64,000 nucleotides of DNA from a virus, in IMG/VR virus record IMGVR_UViG_3300032046_000014, positions 20,304 through 84,303 of that record; one strand, written 5' to 3'. Of the stretch, positions 1 to 10,502 are shown piece after piece (the first letter of the stretch is position 1; each line of letters begins with the position of its first letter). A model generated the notes under the pieces. The model was not told the origin of the DNA. It did not search any database and was given only the letters and a program-made list of their open reading frames with translations. Both the position numbers and the translations under genes were made by a program.

Positions 1-822
1 CAACCATCGATGCACAAAAGGATAGACACCGTAAGTCATTGCTTCGAAGATGGACTGATGATAACCTTCCTGCATACTGTTACTGATGATGATGTCGAGT
101 CCTTTCAAGAATTCTTTGTATCGGTCCGGTTTCATGTAATTATGAAAAATGATAGGATCAGTTGGTAGTCCTAAACTCTGGATTGTCGCTGCAAACTCTT
201 TTATCATGCTGAAATATTCTAGACTTTCTGCTATTCGCCATGTTGAAGGTGTGCTTCGAATATGCAGCTGCCAGTTAGCATCATAGCCACCGCGTTTTGT
301 TTGCTCGAGCAAATCATAAAAGGTCTCGATTGTAGTGTAGATCCGTTTCCGTGGCAGTCCTGTAATAGCAATGAGTCCGATATTATGACCGAAAACTTGT
401 TTCGGCGTTTTTGTAGGTTCAATATCTACACCGATATTTAAGAAATGGACTTGCGCTGGACTTGGAAGATCTTCCCTTTGAAATCGTGAAAACTGAGGCG
501 ACGAGCAGACCAACTGTACCTTTGACCAGTCAATCTCATGCATCCATGCTTCATACACTTCTAACCCGTGAAGCCTAGCGGTGATCCGGCATTCTCGAGC
601 CATTCGAGTGCCCCATACTAGAGGCGGATTGCAGAAGTCAAAAAATGCATAATCAGCCCACTGCATCAGTTCACAAACATTTATCCTGTTGATAGTCTCG
701 TTGGAGCCGAACATTGTTCTTTTGACTGTGCAGTGACGCTGGGCAAGCTCTGCTAATACTGGGGGAAGAAAGGTTTCGTTGTATGCTATAACCGCAACTT
801 TAGAGGAAGCCAAAACTTTCAA
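1..822 (-). CDS. GT-B (GT4-like) glycosyltransferase, 3' end runs off the window
   Basis: Not in the ORF track; manual translation is open from TTG 822 to base 1 and contains ARLHGLEVY, NIGVDI and LDIIISNSMQEGYHQSIFEAM (E-x7-E motif). Confidence 0.85.
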   Translation of the reverse strand, partial: MKVLASSKVAVIAYNETFLPPVLAELAQRHCTVKRTMFGSNETINRINVCELMQWADYAFFDFCNPPLVWGTRMARECRITARLHGLEVYEAWMHEIDWSKVQLVCSSPQFSRFQREDLPSPAQVHFLNIGVDIEPTKTPKQVFGHNIGLIAITGLPRKRIYTTIETFYDLLEQTKRGGYDANWQLHIRSTPSTWRIAESLEYFSMIKEFAATIQSLGLPTDPIIFHNYMKPDRYKEFLKGLDIIISNSMQEGYHQSIFEAMTYGVYPFVHRWL

Positions 823-1031
823 CCGAGCTTTGCCTGCAGATCAGACGTCTTAACGTGAACTGCCATGCCTCTAGTATATTGGCCGGTGATGTTCTCGCTT
901 GAGGAGCTTGTTATTTGCACGTCTTCGCCTTCAGGGCTTTGACCCTTGAGGATCACCGTGTACTTTTCTTTTTCTTCATCTTCAATTTTCTTCTTTACTA
1001 TTACATCCAACTCCAAATCATTCAGCCTCAA
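819..1031 (-). CDS. Small hypothetical protein
   Basis: 70-aa ORF whose stop overlaps the glycosyltransferase start. Confidence 0.6.
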   Translation of the reverse strand: MRLNDLELDVIVKKKIEDEEKEKYTVILKGQSPEGEDVQITSSSSENITGQYTRGMAVHVKTSDLQAKLG

Positions 1032-1073
1032 AACTTATTCAATTATCAACGGAAAGCCTTTATATGACTTGCG

Positions 1074-1394
1074 ATGAGTTCTTCTCTGCGAACCGATATG
1101 ACAGAAATAGACCGAGCCTGCGAACACTGTGGAAAAGTCACGAAGCATACCGTTACGCCTTTCTATATACCTTCAGTAAACCCAACAATTATCAGCTCGT
1201 CAAACAAGAGCATTGATCTTACAGGAAGAAGCGGACCCCCCGTGACTGTAACAAATACTCTGCCGCAGACCATAGAATATAAATGTAAAGAATGCGGCCA
1301 CCTTACAGTTGAGGCTGGCCCAATTCAAAAGCAATCCGGGGATGATGCTTTTTCTGGTTTGAAACGGGGCTCGGACTGGACGGAGCCAAAATAG
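1074..1394 (+). CDS. Zinc-ribbon protein
   Basis: CEHC...CKEC pair. Confidence 0.6.
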   Translation: MSSSLRTDMTEIDRACEHCGKVTKHTVTPFYIPSVNPTIISSSNKSIDLTGRSGPPVTVTNTLPQTIEYKCKECGHLTVEAGPIQKQSGDDAFSGLKRGSDWTEPK

Positions 1395-1449
1395 TTCGGT
1401 AGACCATAAGCCTTAAAATTCCTCATAACCTTTTTGAATAGCAGTTCAT

Positions 1450-1920
1450 GTGAGAAAAATGGACGTCTCAGAAGTCTTATCCTATATCGGTTCTGCCATC
1501 GGTGTCATCGTGGCAATAGCATCTTTTATTGTTGCGCGCGCGCGTGCTTCTGTGACTGACACGAGAGAGCTTGAGCATCGTCTTACACAGCTGGAAACTA
1601 ATCAGTTCACAAAAGAGGATCGCCAATGTCTGCGAGATAATGATTTGAAGATGAAGCTATTCTGGGGAGTCGTTGAAAAAGAGTTTCCTAAGCTATTGAA
1701 GCAGCATCGAACCCCGATGGTTGACAAGCTTCTAACTAAGGCCGCAATGGGACTCGACAAACTCACTCCGAACGAAACTTCAAAATTGATGAAAGCCCTG
1801 GATAACGAATTCAATATAGCTGTATCCCAAAAGAATCCACGTCGGGCTCTTATGATTGCTTTCTACCTTAAAGTTATGGAGTTCAAGAATGGCATCAGAC
1901 TATCAAGAGCCTGTGTGTAA
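1450..1920 (+). CDS. Membrane-anchored protein (N-terminal TM helix plus coiled coil)
   Basis: Hydrophobic SYIGSAIGVIVAIASFIVA followed by ELEHRLTQLE. Confidence 0.6.
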   Translation: MRKMDVSEVLSYIGSAIGVIVAIASFIVARARASVTDTRELEHRLTQLETNQFTKEDRQCLRDNDLKMKLFWGVVEKEFPKLLKQHRTPMVDKLLTKAAMGLDKLTPNETSKLMKALDNEFNIAVSQKNPRRALMIAFYLKVMEFKNGIRLSRACV

Positions 1921-1956
1921 AGGCATTAATAGTTTACTGATATATATTGCAAGAGC

Positions 1957-2391
1957 ATGTCTCTTCTGATCCAAATAGAACTTTATGATGACATGCATGG
2001 CAGTTTGGGAAGACGACATTTCCTAGCTCAGAACAACATAATTCCTGAGCCCAAACAAGTAATTCACGCAGTAAACTACTCCTATCAGACAAACGATACA
2101 ATCATAGAAGTCTATTTGGATCAGCTCTGCAGAGCAGCCGCTTTCCATTATCCGCTTCAGTATATGGGTGTGGTTATTGCAATGCTTACCGAAGATTTGC
2201 TTGCCCAGATAATTCTGGCTGAACTTCAGTTTCCTCATGATGTCACGGGACCCTCAAGTTTTCTGGCAGCCAGCATCGTAGATGATGCTGTAGAATCCAT
2301 TCTTCTCAGACAGAGTTTCAGCAAAAAAATCAGGGAGAAAGCATTGCCACGGGTTCTGGCCCGATACTCTCCTGATGAACGTTTTGTTTGA
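1957..2391 (+). CDS. Hypothetical protein
   Basis: 144-aa ORF, co-oriented with neighbours. Confidence 0.55.
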   Translation: MSLLIQIELYDDMHGSLGRRHFLAQNNIIPEPKQVIHAVNYSYQTNDTIIEVYLDQLCRAAAFHYPLQYMGVVIAMLTEDLLAQIILAELQFPHDVTGPSSFLAASIVDDAVESILLRQSFSKKIREKALPRVLARYSPDERFV

Positions 2392-2452
2392 CGCTGCATC
2401 ATAACCCTTTAAAACACTTACAGATACAGAAGTCAGGGAAGAGGTTGCTAAA

Positions 2453-3379
2453 GTGGATTCAACGCAGAAACTCTATCTTTTCAACGGTGAAACCTACATC
2501 GTGGTTCCCGAGTCAGCATGGCTAGACGAGCTGAAATCAAACCCGCTGGGCCCCACGGCAATCCATGCCCTGGAAGACCCGCTTATTCAGAAAGGCTGGA
2601 CCAAGCTTCTAGGAGTACAGAACCCGAACAATCATGCTTACACGAGCGAATGGTTTTTCGCTGAAACAGGCACACATCTACGGGTCCTGGTTGATGAACA
2701 AGGTCAATTAACCGTTGACGGAGCACCTGTAGGATCGACTACTACAGGTGAAGCAGTGAAAACACTGCAGAAGATCTCTGAAGAGAAAACCGGCAAATGG
2801 ATAACAGCTGTCCAGGAAGTCAAAGATGCAAATGGTACGCCGATTGTTGTGAAAAGAAAAATCTTCATTCCCACTGACAAACTGCGCAAACCACAGATCT
2901 TCGCTCCCGGCAAAGATGCACGTTTGCCGGAACATATAACCAGGATCGGCGCGGAAAAAGGCGGTCCCCATCCTACCATGGATGTTATGACTTCACAGAA
3001 AATGGATGCGATGAACCAGCTTCTCGGCATCTATACGCCTATACTTTTGAAGGAGCAACCGAGCCCCCAAGAAATGTTGCGGCGCTGCAGTTGCATGTTG
3101 GAAATGGCTGAAAAAGAAGAAAATGAAGAAGAACGGCAGCGACTCTGCGAAACAATTGAAAGAGAACTAGCAGCTCTTGAGGCAATGCAGAAGTCTTTGA
3201 AACCAAGCCAACTGAAACCTTTCGTCGGCGACGAAGCAAAAGACAGAGACAAATACCGAAAACTGGCAGACCAAACTGATGATCCGAAAGAAAAGAAAAC
3301 CCTGACGGAGATCAGCCGGCAAGAAGGAGAACACAACGAGAAAATCCGACAGATGATCGCAAGGTCACATGAACAATAG
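2453..3379 (+). CDS. Protein with C-terminal ferritin/rubrerythrin-like helical hairpin
   Basis: DEAKDRDKYRKLADQTDDPKEKKTLTEISRQEGEH (E..Y / ExxH di-iron pattern). Confidence 0.6.
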   Translation: MDSTQKLYLFNGETYIVVPESAWLDELKSNPLGPTAIHALEDPLIQKGWTKLLGVQNPNNHAYTSEWFFAETGTHLRVLVDEQGQLTVDGAPVGSTTTGEAVKTLQKISEEKTGKWITAVQEVKDANGTPIVVKRKIFIPTDKLRKPQIFAPGKDARLPEHITRIGAEKGGPHPTMDVMTSQKMDAMNQLLGIYTPILLKEQPSPQEMLRRCSCMLEMAEKEENEEERQRLCETIERELAALEAMQKSLKPSQLKPFVGDEAKDRDKYRKLADQTDDPKEKKTLTEISRQEGEHNEKIRQMIARSHEQ

Positions 3380-3390
3380 GAGAATGAGAA

Positions 3391-3642
3391 GTGTCAGCTC
3401 AAACTCCCCAAGTTGTCAGAGACTCAGCAGGCATCGTAGGCTATTATGTCATTTTGGAAGTTGTTGTTTCCACGGGCGACACGTTTAAGGTGCAACAGCT
3501 TGCAAGTATCAGCGGAGTCGCAGCTCTCAAAATTGCCGACTGGAGCACAGTCACCTGCACATCTGTAGGTAATGTTGTCACAGTCACTCAGGCGGGACTG
3601 AGCGGTGCAAGGATCGTGGCTGTGGTTGGTGGCCAAAAGTGA
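3391..3642 (+). CDS. Small beta-rich putative virion protein
   Basis: 83 aa, V/T/S-rich, coupled to the next gene. Confidence 0.5.
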   Translation: MSAQTPQVVRDSAGIVGYYVILEVVVSTGDTFKVQQLASISGVAALKIADWSTVTCTSVGNVVTVTQAGLSGARIVAVVGGQK

Positions 3643-4391
3643 CCCTTTTCCCCGGAGCAAAGACTCTTTCTTCAAGCGTCTATCTTAACCCGCATTTCCA
3701 ACAAGAAGCATATCAACCAAAATATTGCACTCTCGAGGACTTCGAAGATTATTATCAAGCAGACGTAACTGCAGATACTGTGCCAACTGTTTCGCAGGCC
3801 CTTAAACTACTACAGATCGGGGAAGCAGAAATCGACTCGCATGAATGGGGAAGATACATTCAGGAAGACGAATACTTAGACGGTCAATATGAAATCCTCA
3901 CCTTCCAATGGCGATACGTCGGCTTCTTCGCCCAAGTCTTTTATCCGCACCACACGAACATTCTACGAGTAATCGACTGCGCTTACAACTCCGGAGGAGT
4001 ACCTTCCAGCGACGCAACCTGGACAAAAGTCACCGAGGGCCCAGCAAACAACAGCAGCTTCGTAGTGCTGAGAAAACCCAAACTGAAAACCCAGGTGGGA
4101 AGTGCACTTCTTTTCTATTCAAACGTACCCTATCCAGGTCCGCTGCGGCTCAGACTCACGTACGAATACGGAATGGACATCGACAAAGCTTTACTGCGTG
4201 AATGGGCCGGCAAAAAAGCAGCCAAAGATGCATTGGAAATGCGTTCCGCAGCAGAACATGTTAACATCAATCTGGATGCGGGGCCATGGGCCGCTCTGTA
4301 CAAGGCATATGGAGACCGACTTAAAGAACTAGCAAATGACTTGTTCCCGAAGAAAGTGCGCAAAATTTGGGTCTATCCAAGCACAATGTAA
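3639..4391 (+). CDS. Putative head-tail adaptor (gp6/gp15-like)
   Basis: YCTLEDF N-terminal motif, EAEID, LTYEYG typical of adaptor proteins. Confidence 0.6.
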   Translation: MTLFPGAKTLSSSVYLNPHFQQEAYQPKYCTLEDFEDYYQADVTADTVPTVSQALKLLQIGEAEIDSHEWGRYIQEDEYLDGQYEILTFQWRYVGFFAQVFYPHHTNILRVIDCAYNSGGVPSSDATWTKVTEGPANNSSFVVLRKPKLKTQVGSALLFYSNVPYPGPLRLRLTYEYGMDIDKALLREWAGKKAAKDALEMRSAAEHVNINLDAGPWAALYKAYGDRLKELANDLFPKKVRKIWVYPSTM

Positions 4392-4441
4392 ACGTCCGCT
4401 AGACCATAACACTAAAAACACAAAACTTCTAAAACAGAACT

Positions 4442-4639
4442 ATGCCAATTCCACAGTTAACATGCCCAAAATGCGACAGCTCTCTCGAACAGGAAATCCG
4501 CGTTTCAAAAATGACCCATATCGTCAAAAATCCGAAGAGATCTACCAAAACCAAACGTGGTTACGTCTATCACTGTCTTCGCTGCAAGACATACTACAAA
4601 CCTGCCATGGCTCTAGTCGAGTGTGTCATAGTCGAATGA
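4442..4639 (+). CDS. Zinc-ribbon protein
   Basis: CPKC...CLRC. Confidence 0.6.
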   Translation: MPIPQLTCPKCDSSLEQEIRVSKMTHIVKNPKRSTKTKRGYVYHCLRCKTYYKPAMALVECVIVE

Positions 4640-5235
4640 CTCTGTCGCCAGCTTTGATGATGCTCATACCGATTCTGATTGTTCTCGTAACAGCATACTT
4701 CTTACATGAACTGTATATCATCATCAGAAAACTCTCGGCTTTCCAGCTTTCTAGCAGTTGGATAAAAATAGGCACCATAATCCTAGCATTCGCCTTGGCT
4801 GCAGTCTCAGGTATGATGGTGTATCAAAGCACTTTTGAAATATTCGCCGCGTCGATGCTGCTTGTCCCTTCACAAGGAACAATAAAAACTGCTGGCCTTG
4901 ACTTTGGAGTATACTGGGACATCACAGGAACTCAGCCCGTGACTTCTGTTGATTGGGGCACATTGAGCCCGGGAGACCACAAAACCGTGACTTTCTGGGT
5001 GAAAAATCAGGCTGCAATCCCGATTTATTGTGGTGCACAGCCGGACAGTGGAACATGGCAGCCTGCAACTGCAAGCAATTATCTTACGTTGAGCTGGACC
5101 TTTGGCACAAAGTCGCTGGGAGTCTCTATGCTTCGACGCATCAACATGACTCTTACCGTGAGCCCGACCATTAAGGACATCACAATTTTCAGTTTCACCA
5201 TAATAGTCAACGCGCAAGAAACTCCTCTCAGCTGA
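4636..5235 (+). CDS. Membrane-anchored beta-sandwich surface protein
   Basis: Likely start ATG 4636; two TM helices, then GVYWD...VDWGTLSPG...VKN...LTLSW. Confidence 0.65.
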   Translation: MTLSPALMMLIPILIVLVTAYFLHELYIIIRKLSAFQLSSSWIKIGTIILAFALAAVSGMMVYQSTFEIFAASMLLVPSQGTIKTAGLDFGVYWDITGTQPVTSVDWGTLSPGDHKTVTFWVKNQAAIPIYCGAQPDSGTWQPATASNYLTLSWTFGTKSLGVSMLRRINMTLTVSPTIKDITIFSFTIIVNAQETPLS

Positions 5236-5276
5236 AACCCCACAAATGTTATTTAGTCCCACAGAAGAAGAATAGT

Positions 5277-5675
5277 TTGACCATTATGCCATCGTTATGG
5301 TTCTGGATAGTCCTATGGCTATGCATTCTAGCAATAGTCATAATTGCTATCTGGTTCGGGAAGCATGTCTCTGTGCCGACGATAACCGTAAACACAAACA
5401 AGGACAGTTACGCCAGGAACGAAGTTGTACAAATCACAGGCACGGTAAAGCAGGGGGCCACCCCCCTTCCAGGAAAGACGGTCAAACTGGCAATCCAAGG
5501 GCCGGGACCTGATGCTTGGTCTTTGCCCGACGCGACCACGGATTCCAACGGCTTATTCAGTACAAGCTGGACCGTCCCCGCTGACGCTGCAAACGGAGAT
5601 TATACCCTGAATGTTTCGTGTTTAGGTTCGTCGGCTAGTAAGACCTTCAGACCGGACCAGATGGCAATCAACTAA
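5277..5675 (+). CDS. Membrane-anchored Ig-like domain protein
   Basis: N-terminal TM helix; TNKDSY..NEVVQITG, TTDSNG.F, GDYTLNV. Confidence 0.65.
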   Translation: MTIMPSLWFWIVLWLCILAIVIIAIWFGKHVSVPTITVNTNKDSYARNEVVQITGTVKQGATPLPGKTVKLAIQGPGPDAWSLPDATTDSNGLFSTSWTVPADAANGDYTLNVSCLGSSASKTFRPDQMAIN

Positions 5676-5719
5676 AGGTATAAACTCCATCGAACAAAAA
5701 AAGAAGGGAGTTACTGAGT

Positions 5720-6013
5720 TTACTCTTCTTCTATGTAGGCTTCGATTTTGGCGAGCAGTTTCAGTATGGATTTCGAGAGCATCATTAGTGTCCCGATGAT
5801 GAGGATGAACACTGTCAGGATGATCCAGTTCACCCATGTCATCATGGTAGCGGTTTCAGCTTGCAGTGCAGGCACTACGACGTATGCTCCGTAGAGAAAG
5901 TTAAGTGCCAAGCCGAAGATCGTCCAGAGCAGTAGAATCAGTGTTTTCAAGCCTTTAGGGATTCCTTTTCCATTTTCTGACAAAATGATCCCTGAAGAAC
6001 CATCGTGTAGCAT
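5720..6013 (-). CDS. Small two-TM membrane protein
   Basis: Two hydrophobic helices. Confidence 0.55.
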   Translation of the reverse strand: MLHDGSSGIILSENGKGIPKGLKTLILLLWTIFGLALNFLYGAYVVVPALQAETATMMTWVNWIILTVFILIIGTLMMLSKSILKLLAKIEAYIEEE

Positions 6014-6137
6014 CTATTTAACTTTTGTTGAGCAACCATAGGGTTTTGCGGGAAAACGAAAAGAGTCTATTATTCCGTTCACTGTTCTGAGAAACGCAAA
6101 ACTTATATCATGAATATACGTTTTATCATTTGGTGAA

Positions 6138-6407
6138 ATGATGCTGCTTAACACAGACCTTGTCCGAGAAGTAGTGAATGAACTTATTAAAGAGGATCGA
6201 GAGTTTCATTCAACCGAATTGGCTGAAGCATTGGGCAAAAGGATTGGTATGGTCATAAAAGTAGATACCGCCAGATACTGGGCGAACAAGTTCACTCTTG
6301 ATGGGTTGCTTGAGAGACGCCCGATCAATAAAAAACTTCGAGTCTACCGCAGAAGAAAAGGCATAGATCTTTCTTCATCATTGACAGTTCAGAAACCATC
6401 TAATTAA
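6138..6407 (+). CDS. Winged-helix DNA-binding protein
   Basis: FHSTELAEAL...TARYWANKFTLDGLLER. Confidence 0.6.
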   Translation: MMLLNTDLVREVVNELIKEDREFHSTELAEALGKRIGMVIKVDTARYWANKFTLDGLLERRPINKKLRVYRRRKGIDLSSSLTVQKPSN

Positions 6408-8617
6408 CTATCAGTGTAACCCTTATATAATCCTTTGACGAAATGCAGAGTTCTTGTTCCACCGCCAACCTTTGCGACATCTACATCTCCATCCCATCCG
6501 TCAAGCCTCGCATCTGGAACAGTGCCGCTGCTGAGATCGGATGCGCTCAAATCAACATTATGCACTGCCCTAGCAGAACTGATTATTTCCGTTCCCTGTA
6601 TCTGCAATGAGCTCGCATTCACTACAGCTGAAGAAGCATCTAACGTCGTGATTATTACAAGCGTATTGAATTTGCCGCTATAACCACGTATGTAAGACCA
6701 TCTATAACTATCATTCCCCAATGCTCTAGCATTATCTGTAAGGGGCAACCAATCAGCATTGACGCCGGCAAGAACTTGAAGCTGATTAAATCTTCCTGTT
6801 TCCGCTCTGATCATCGACCAGCGATAATCATCCTTGCCTAAAGAATAGACATTATCCACACCTGGATAGAGAGACTCGAAAACCTTGCCATAAAGGTAGA
6901 GGTCCATCAGATGAAGTTCTTTCCATCTACGCGGGGGCATTCCCAAATCAAAAGTTTCGTCGCTGTCGGGTATGAAATCATTAGCGGAAGCAATAACGGG
7001 CGCGTTAAGAAGGATTTTGCTGTTCGCAGCGAGAAGAAGTTCGCCGTAGAGCCGTGGATTCTGCAGTGTGAGCAGATTTCCCGTGTACATTAGCACTGTC
7101 TGCGGAGTTTCTTCTGTATCCTTGAAAGCTAGATATCCCGAGTTCTCGAAAGTCAGCACTCCTCTAAACGCCATGTCCATTATGTATAAGCGTCGCCAGT
7201 AGGCGTCCTCACGTCCCAGATCATACATATCGCCTGCCAGAGGCACTATATTATAACAGTCGAATTCTGTTCCCCATTTGGCTTGAAACTCCATTCTTGA
7301 ATCAGTTACATTCCAGAGTTTGAAAGCGTCAATTCCTAATGCGATGACTACGGTTTTTCCGCCGGGAGCCGCGTTTCTCAGTCTGAAAATGTCCGTGGTG
7401 GTTGCTGTTATGTCAACAGTATTCGGTGTTCCACGGCTGTTATCGTCAACAATCAGTCGAGGAATGATTTTCAATCCTCTTGACTGGTCGCTCTGGGCTG
7501 GACTGTCAGCTCTCATGAAGGTGAGATTTTGATTATCAATTAGTTCCGTGTATGGTGGTGGCGGATGGCCTGCGCCAACATCAAAGTCAGCATGGCAGTC
7601 TTGGAGAATGTTGCTTTTGCTTTCTTTTCCTGCTGCTTGATACCAGCTGCTTTCTTTTGTGCCGATCCAGCTGGCATCATGCTCGTCGAAAAGGTCTATT
7701 CCTATGAGGTAATGAGTCCATTCAATGTCTAAGAATCTGTGTTGGCAGTTGTATCCGTGGATTCTGATGAAGAACGCATTGTAGGGTGCTTCGTCATTGC
7801 TTTGATTGCCAACTTTGATGGCTGCATTTGTGGTTTTGGAGATTACAATGTCGTCTCCCCAACACCAGTCACACTGACAGTCAATAGCGGTTGCTATCTG
7901 GTATTCTCCTTCTATTCGAATATTTTTTAATTCTTTAGAATTTCCCTTCAAAGAACTATAGGCCAGATTGATTGCGCTTTCGCTTGCATATCCGGTGAGG
8001 GCTATTACTTTCAGTTGAGCAAAGTCACAGTTGCCAACGCGAATGTGGCCTTTGGCTGAGGTATTCGTGTTTTTGATGGCAATATTTTCTATGTCAACAT
8101 TATTCTTTTTTCCGCTTTCAGTCTTTTCTCTTATTGCATAGTCTGTACCGGTGTAGGTGATGTTCGGTATTATGGTTCCGCCGCCGCCTAGCACAGTATT
8201 GCTCAAGATTAGGATGTTGTCCTTCCATAGAATCGGCGCATTGGTTATAATTGGATCGCGTATGAACAGTATCCCATAGGACATCCGATTGATACAAGCA
8301 TTTGCAACTGCAGCTGCATCTGTTCCATCGATTCCGCCTTCATTGTCTGCTCCTCCAAATTCAAGTCGAAGTGCTTCACCATTTATCCCACAGTAATAAC
8401 CGCCTTCTTCGATGAGTAAATAGGATTCTGCAATCATACTATATGTTGTCATATCCCCGATTTTTCCCACTACTTCAGGCCGGTTGGAGTCAGCATCGCT
8501 GAAAATCAGTGCAAGTTGATCGCCTGGAATGAAGTCTGCTTCGCTCTGAACTCTATAATCCGTGTATGGAGCCGTATTGACCTTGCTGCGATAGACTCTT
8601 ACAGTATAGGTTTTCAT
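6404..8617 (-). CDS. Tail fibre/spike
   Basis: Last gene of the tail operon; beta-helix-like middle; four P..D..(Y/F)xLG....RW repeats. Confidence 0.75.
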   Translation of the reverse strand: MKTYTVRVYRSKVNTAPYTDYRVQSEADFIPGDQLALIFSDADSNRPEVVGKIGDMTTYSMIAESYLLIEEGGYYCGINGEALRLEFGGADNEGGIDGTDAAAVANACINRMSYGILFIRDPIITNAPILWKDNILILSNTVLGGGGTIIPNITYTGTDYAIREKTESGKKNNVDIENIAIKNTNTSAKGHIRVGNCDFAQLKVIALTGYASESAINLAYSSLKGNSKELKNIRIEGEYQIATAIDCQCDWCWGDDIVISKTTNAAIKVGNQSNDEAPYNAFFIRIHGYNCQHRFLDIEWTHYLIGIDLFDEHDASWIGTKESSWYQAAGKESKSNILQDCHADFDVGAGHPPPPYTELIDNQNLTFMRADSPAQSDQSRGLKIIPRLIVDDNSRGTPNTVDITATTTDIFRLRNAAPGGKTVVIALGIDAFKLWNVTDSRMEFQAKWGTEFDCYNIVPLAGDMYDLGREDAYWRRLYIMDMAFRGVLTFENSGYLAFKDTEETPQTVLMYTGNLLTLQNPRLYGELLLAANSKILLNAPVIASANDFIPDSDETFDLGMPPRRWKELHLMDLYLYGKVFESLYPGVDNVYSLGKDDYRWSMIRAETGRFNQLQVLAGVNADWLPLTDNARALGNDSYRWSYIRGYSGKFNTLVIITTLDASSAVVNASSLQIQGTEIISSARAVHNVDLSASDLSSGTVPDARLDGWDGDVDVAKVGGGTRTLHFVKGLYKGYTDS

Positions 8618-10437
8618 GGCAGGACCTCTCCTACCGCCGGGAACATTGCTTTTGAATCCTGCAGACTCTGTGTTCCAGTCTGGCCTTTAGCAATGTCTGT
8701 GAAGACTCCGGACAACAGGTTTGGACTTATTACCTGCGTGAACCTTCTCAACACCAGCTCCTGAATGTACCCATCTGGTCCAAGCTTATCAATGACGCCT
8801 GTTAGAAAGTAGGTGCCAGCAAGACCTGTAATACCATCATCTGTGAAGTTGCAGGCACTACCAGGCAGCAACTCCGGATCCCCGATGACTGTAATTCTAA
8901 TTTCATTCTCGGGATAAAGCAGTTTGAACAATGTCGAATAGGAAAGTACATCACAGTAAATTGGACTTTTCAATGTGCCATCTGTGATTATGGTTTGTTT
9001 TCGCCCATATCTTGCTTGGAAGTTTAGATCAAAACAGGGATTAGTTTGTCCTGAAGGAAATAATGTTGGACTGTTCGTGTCCGCAATAGAATATGCGCCC
9101 TCACCATAAACGGCAACTCTGTTCCGCATCGGAACCCCAGTGACTCTAACTTGCAAGCTTACGATGTCGATGCCCCACTTTTTAACTGCTGGCTTAATAA
9201 TTTCGGTGCTGAGCACGGGTCCCCATGCCAGAGGGAAATCAAAGTTGATGCCTCCTCCCGCTGGATTAATTGTTACCTTACCTGTAACCAAATCTACAGC
9301 TGTAGCTTGAACCATGTCTGCATAAGCCGGAACCATTCCAGGCTTATTGGCACAGATGAATAATGTTTCACCAACCCAACTTGAGAATAATATTGGGTCT
9401 TTAACATAGAGATAAGAATTACCGGCAGTTATGGGCTGCACAACTGCGCTGATGCGAATATGATCCTTCCACATCAATGTTGGAGTACCATAATGCTCGC
9501 CAGAATCCATCCAATAATACATTTTGTAGAGGCTGCTGATTTTCTCTATGGCTTCCAGAATCGTGGAATCATTGAATGGTAAATATGATACCCATGGATT
9601 CCAAGCCCAGTACGCCCAGTTTGGTGAGCCCAGCCCAGCTGTGGATAAACCTGCTCTGGTGCCGATGAGATCTTCCATCATGTCTTGCGGGTACATATCT
9701 ATGTAAGTGCCGTCGAAGTTTGTGCCTTCTGCAAGCTTCGCCATATAGTCGCGGCCTGTCACCCGGACCGTGCTGCCTCCGCCTTTGGTGACTGTATAGT
9801 CTACAGTGTCGATTAGGCCCCATAATCTGATGGTGTTTACGCCGTTATAGCCTATGTATATTTTGACGTTGCGGAAATAGTCAAAGACGGGCTGCTCCCA
9901 TGGGCCAACTAAAGCATTTTGTCCGTCTCGGTTGTCGAAGGTCATGTCAAAGGAAGCAGCTTGGCCGCCGAACTGACGTTCTATATTAAGTTCGATGAGG
10001 CCAACTGGTTCGACATACACGCCTATCTCGTTTGCAACAAGCACCTGCCATGATGGTTTCTGGAAGACTGTTGTGTCTGGAAGAAGTAAAAAGTCAATTC
10101 GGAAAGGAATCTGGCGTTCATAATATTTGATTTGTTCAGCTGAGAATTCCAGTTCCGTGATGACGGCATTTTCGCCCCCGTAATATGTTGGCGTTACAAG
10201 CTTGGCAACTGTGCCGTTTACCCATGCTATTTCCAGTTGGTTCATCACGGTCTCAGCGTCTGTGCCTGAGAGAATTCCTTCTAAACTTACTTTGACAAGG
10301 TGCCGCTGCTTGCTTTCCAGCGTCTGTCCAATTCCAAGAATGTTTTTGCGAGCTACAGACCGCATGTACGTTCTAATCATGCTTTCTGGATTAATAGGAA
10401 AAGTGATACTTCCGAATTTTGTTTGAGTCAAGACCAT
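8614..10437 (-). CDS. Baseplate hub/tail tip protein
   Basis: SFDMTFDN, VKIYIGY, GLID, VTGRD, NRVAVYG, GDPELLPG; position downstream of tape measure. Confidence 0.75.
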   Translation of the reverse strand: MVLTQTKFGSITFPINPESMIRTYMRSVARKNILGIGQTLESKQRHLVKVSLEGILSGTDAETVMNQLEIAWVNGTVAKLVTPTYYGGENAVITELEFSAEQIKYYERQIPFRIDFLLLPDTTVFQKPSWQVLVANEIGVYVEPVGLIELNIERQFGGQAASFDMTFDNRDGQNALVGPWEQPVFDYFRNVKIYIGYNGVNTIRLWGLIDTVDYTVTKGGGSTVRVTGRDYMAKLAEGTNFDGTYIDMYPQDMMEDLIGTRAGLSTAGLGSPNWAYWAWNPWVSYLPFNDSTILEAIEKISSLYKMYYWMDSGEHYGTPTLMWKDHIRISAVVQPITAGNSYLYVKDPILFSSWVGETLFICANKPGMVPAYADMVQATAVDLVTGKVTINPAGGGINFDFPLAWGPVLSTEIIKPAVKKWGIDIVSLQVRVTGVPMRNRVAVYGEGAYSIADTNSPTLFPSGQTNPCFDLNFQARYGRKQTIITDGTLKSPIYCDVLSYSTLFKLLYPENEIRITVIGDPELLPGSACNFTDDGITGLAGTYFLTGVIDKLGPDGYIQELVLRRFTQVISPNLLSGVFTDIAKGQTGTQSLQDSKAMFPAVGEVLP

Positions 10438-10502
10438 TAGGTAATCTCCACCAGCGCGCGCCGCAGTCTTATTCTGGATAGATAACTTACGTCCGTCATG
10501 TT

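Noticed and set aside
555-640. Long hairpin suggesting an ncRNA
   Set aside because: Lies inside the open glycosyltransferase frame
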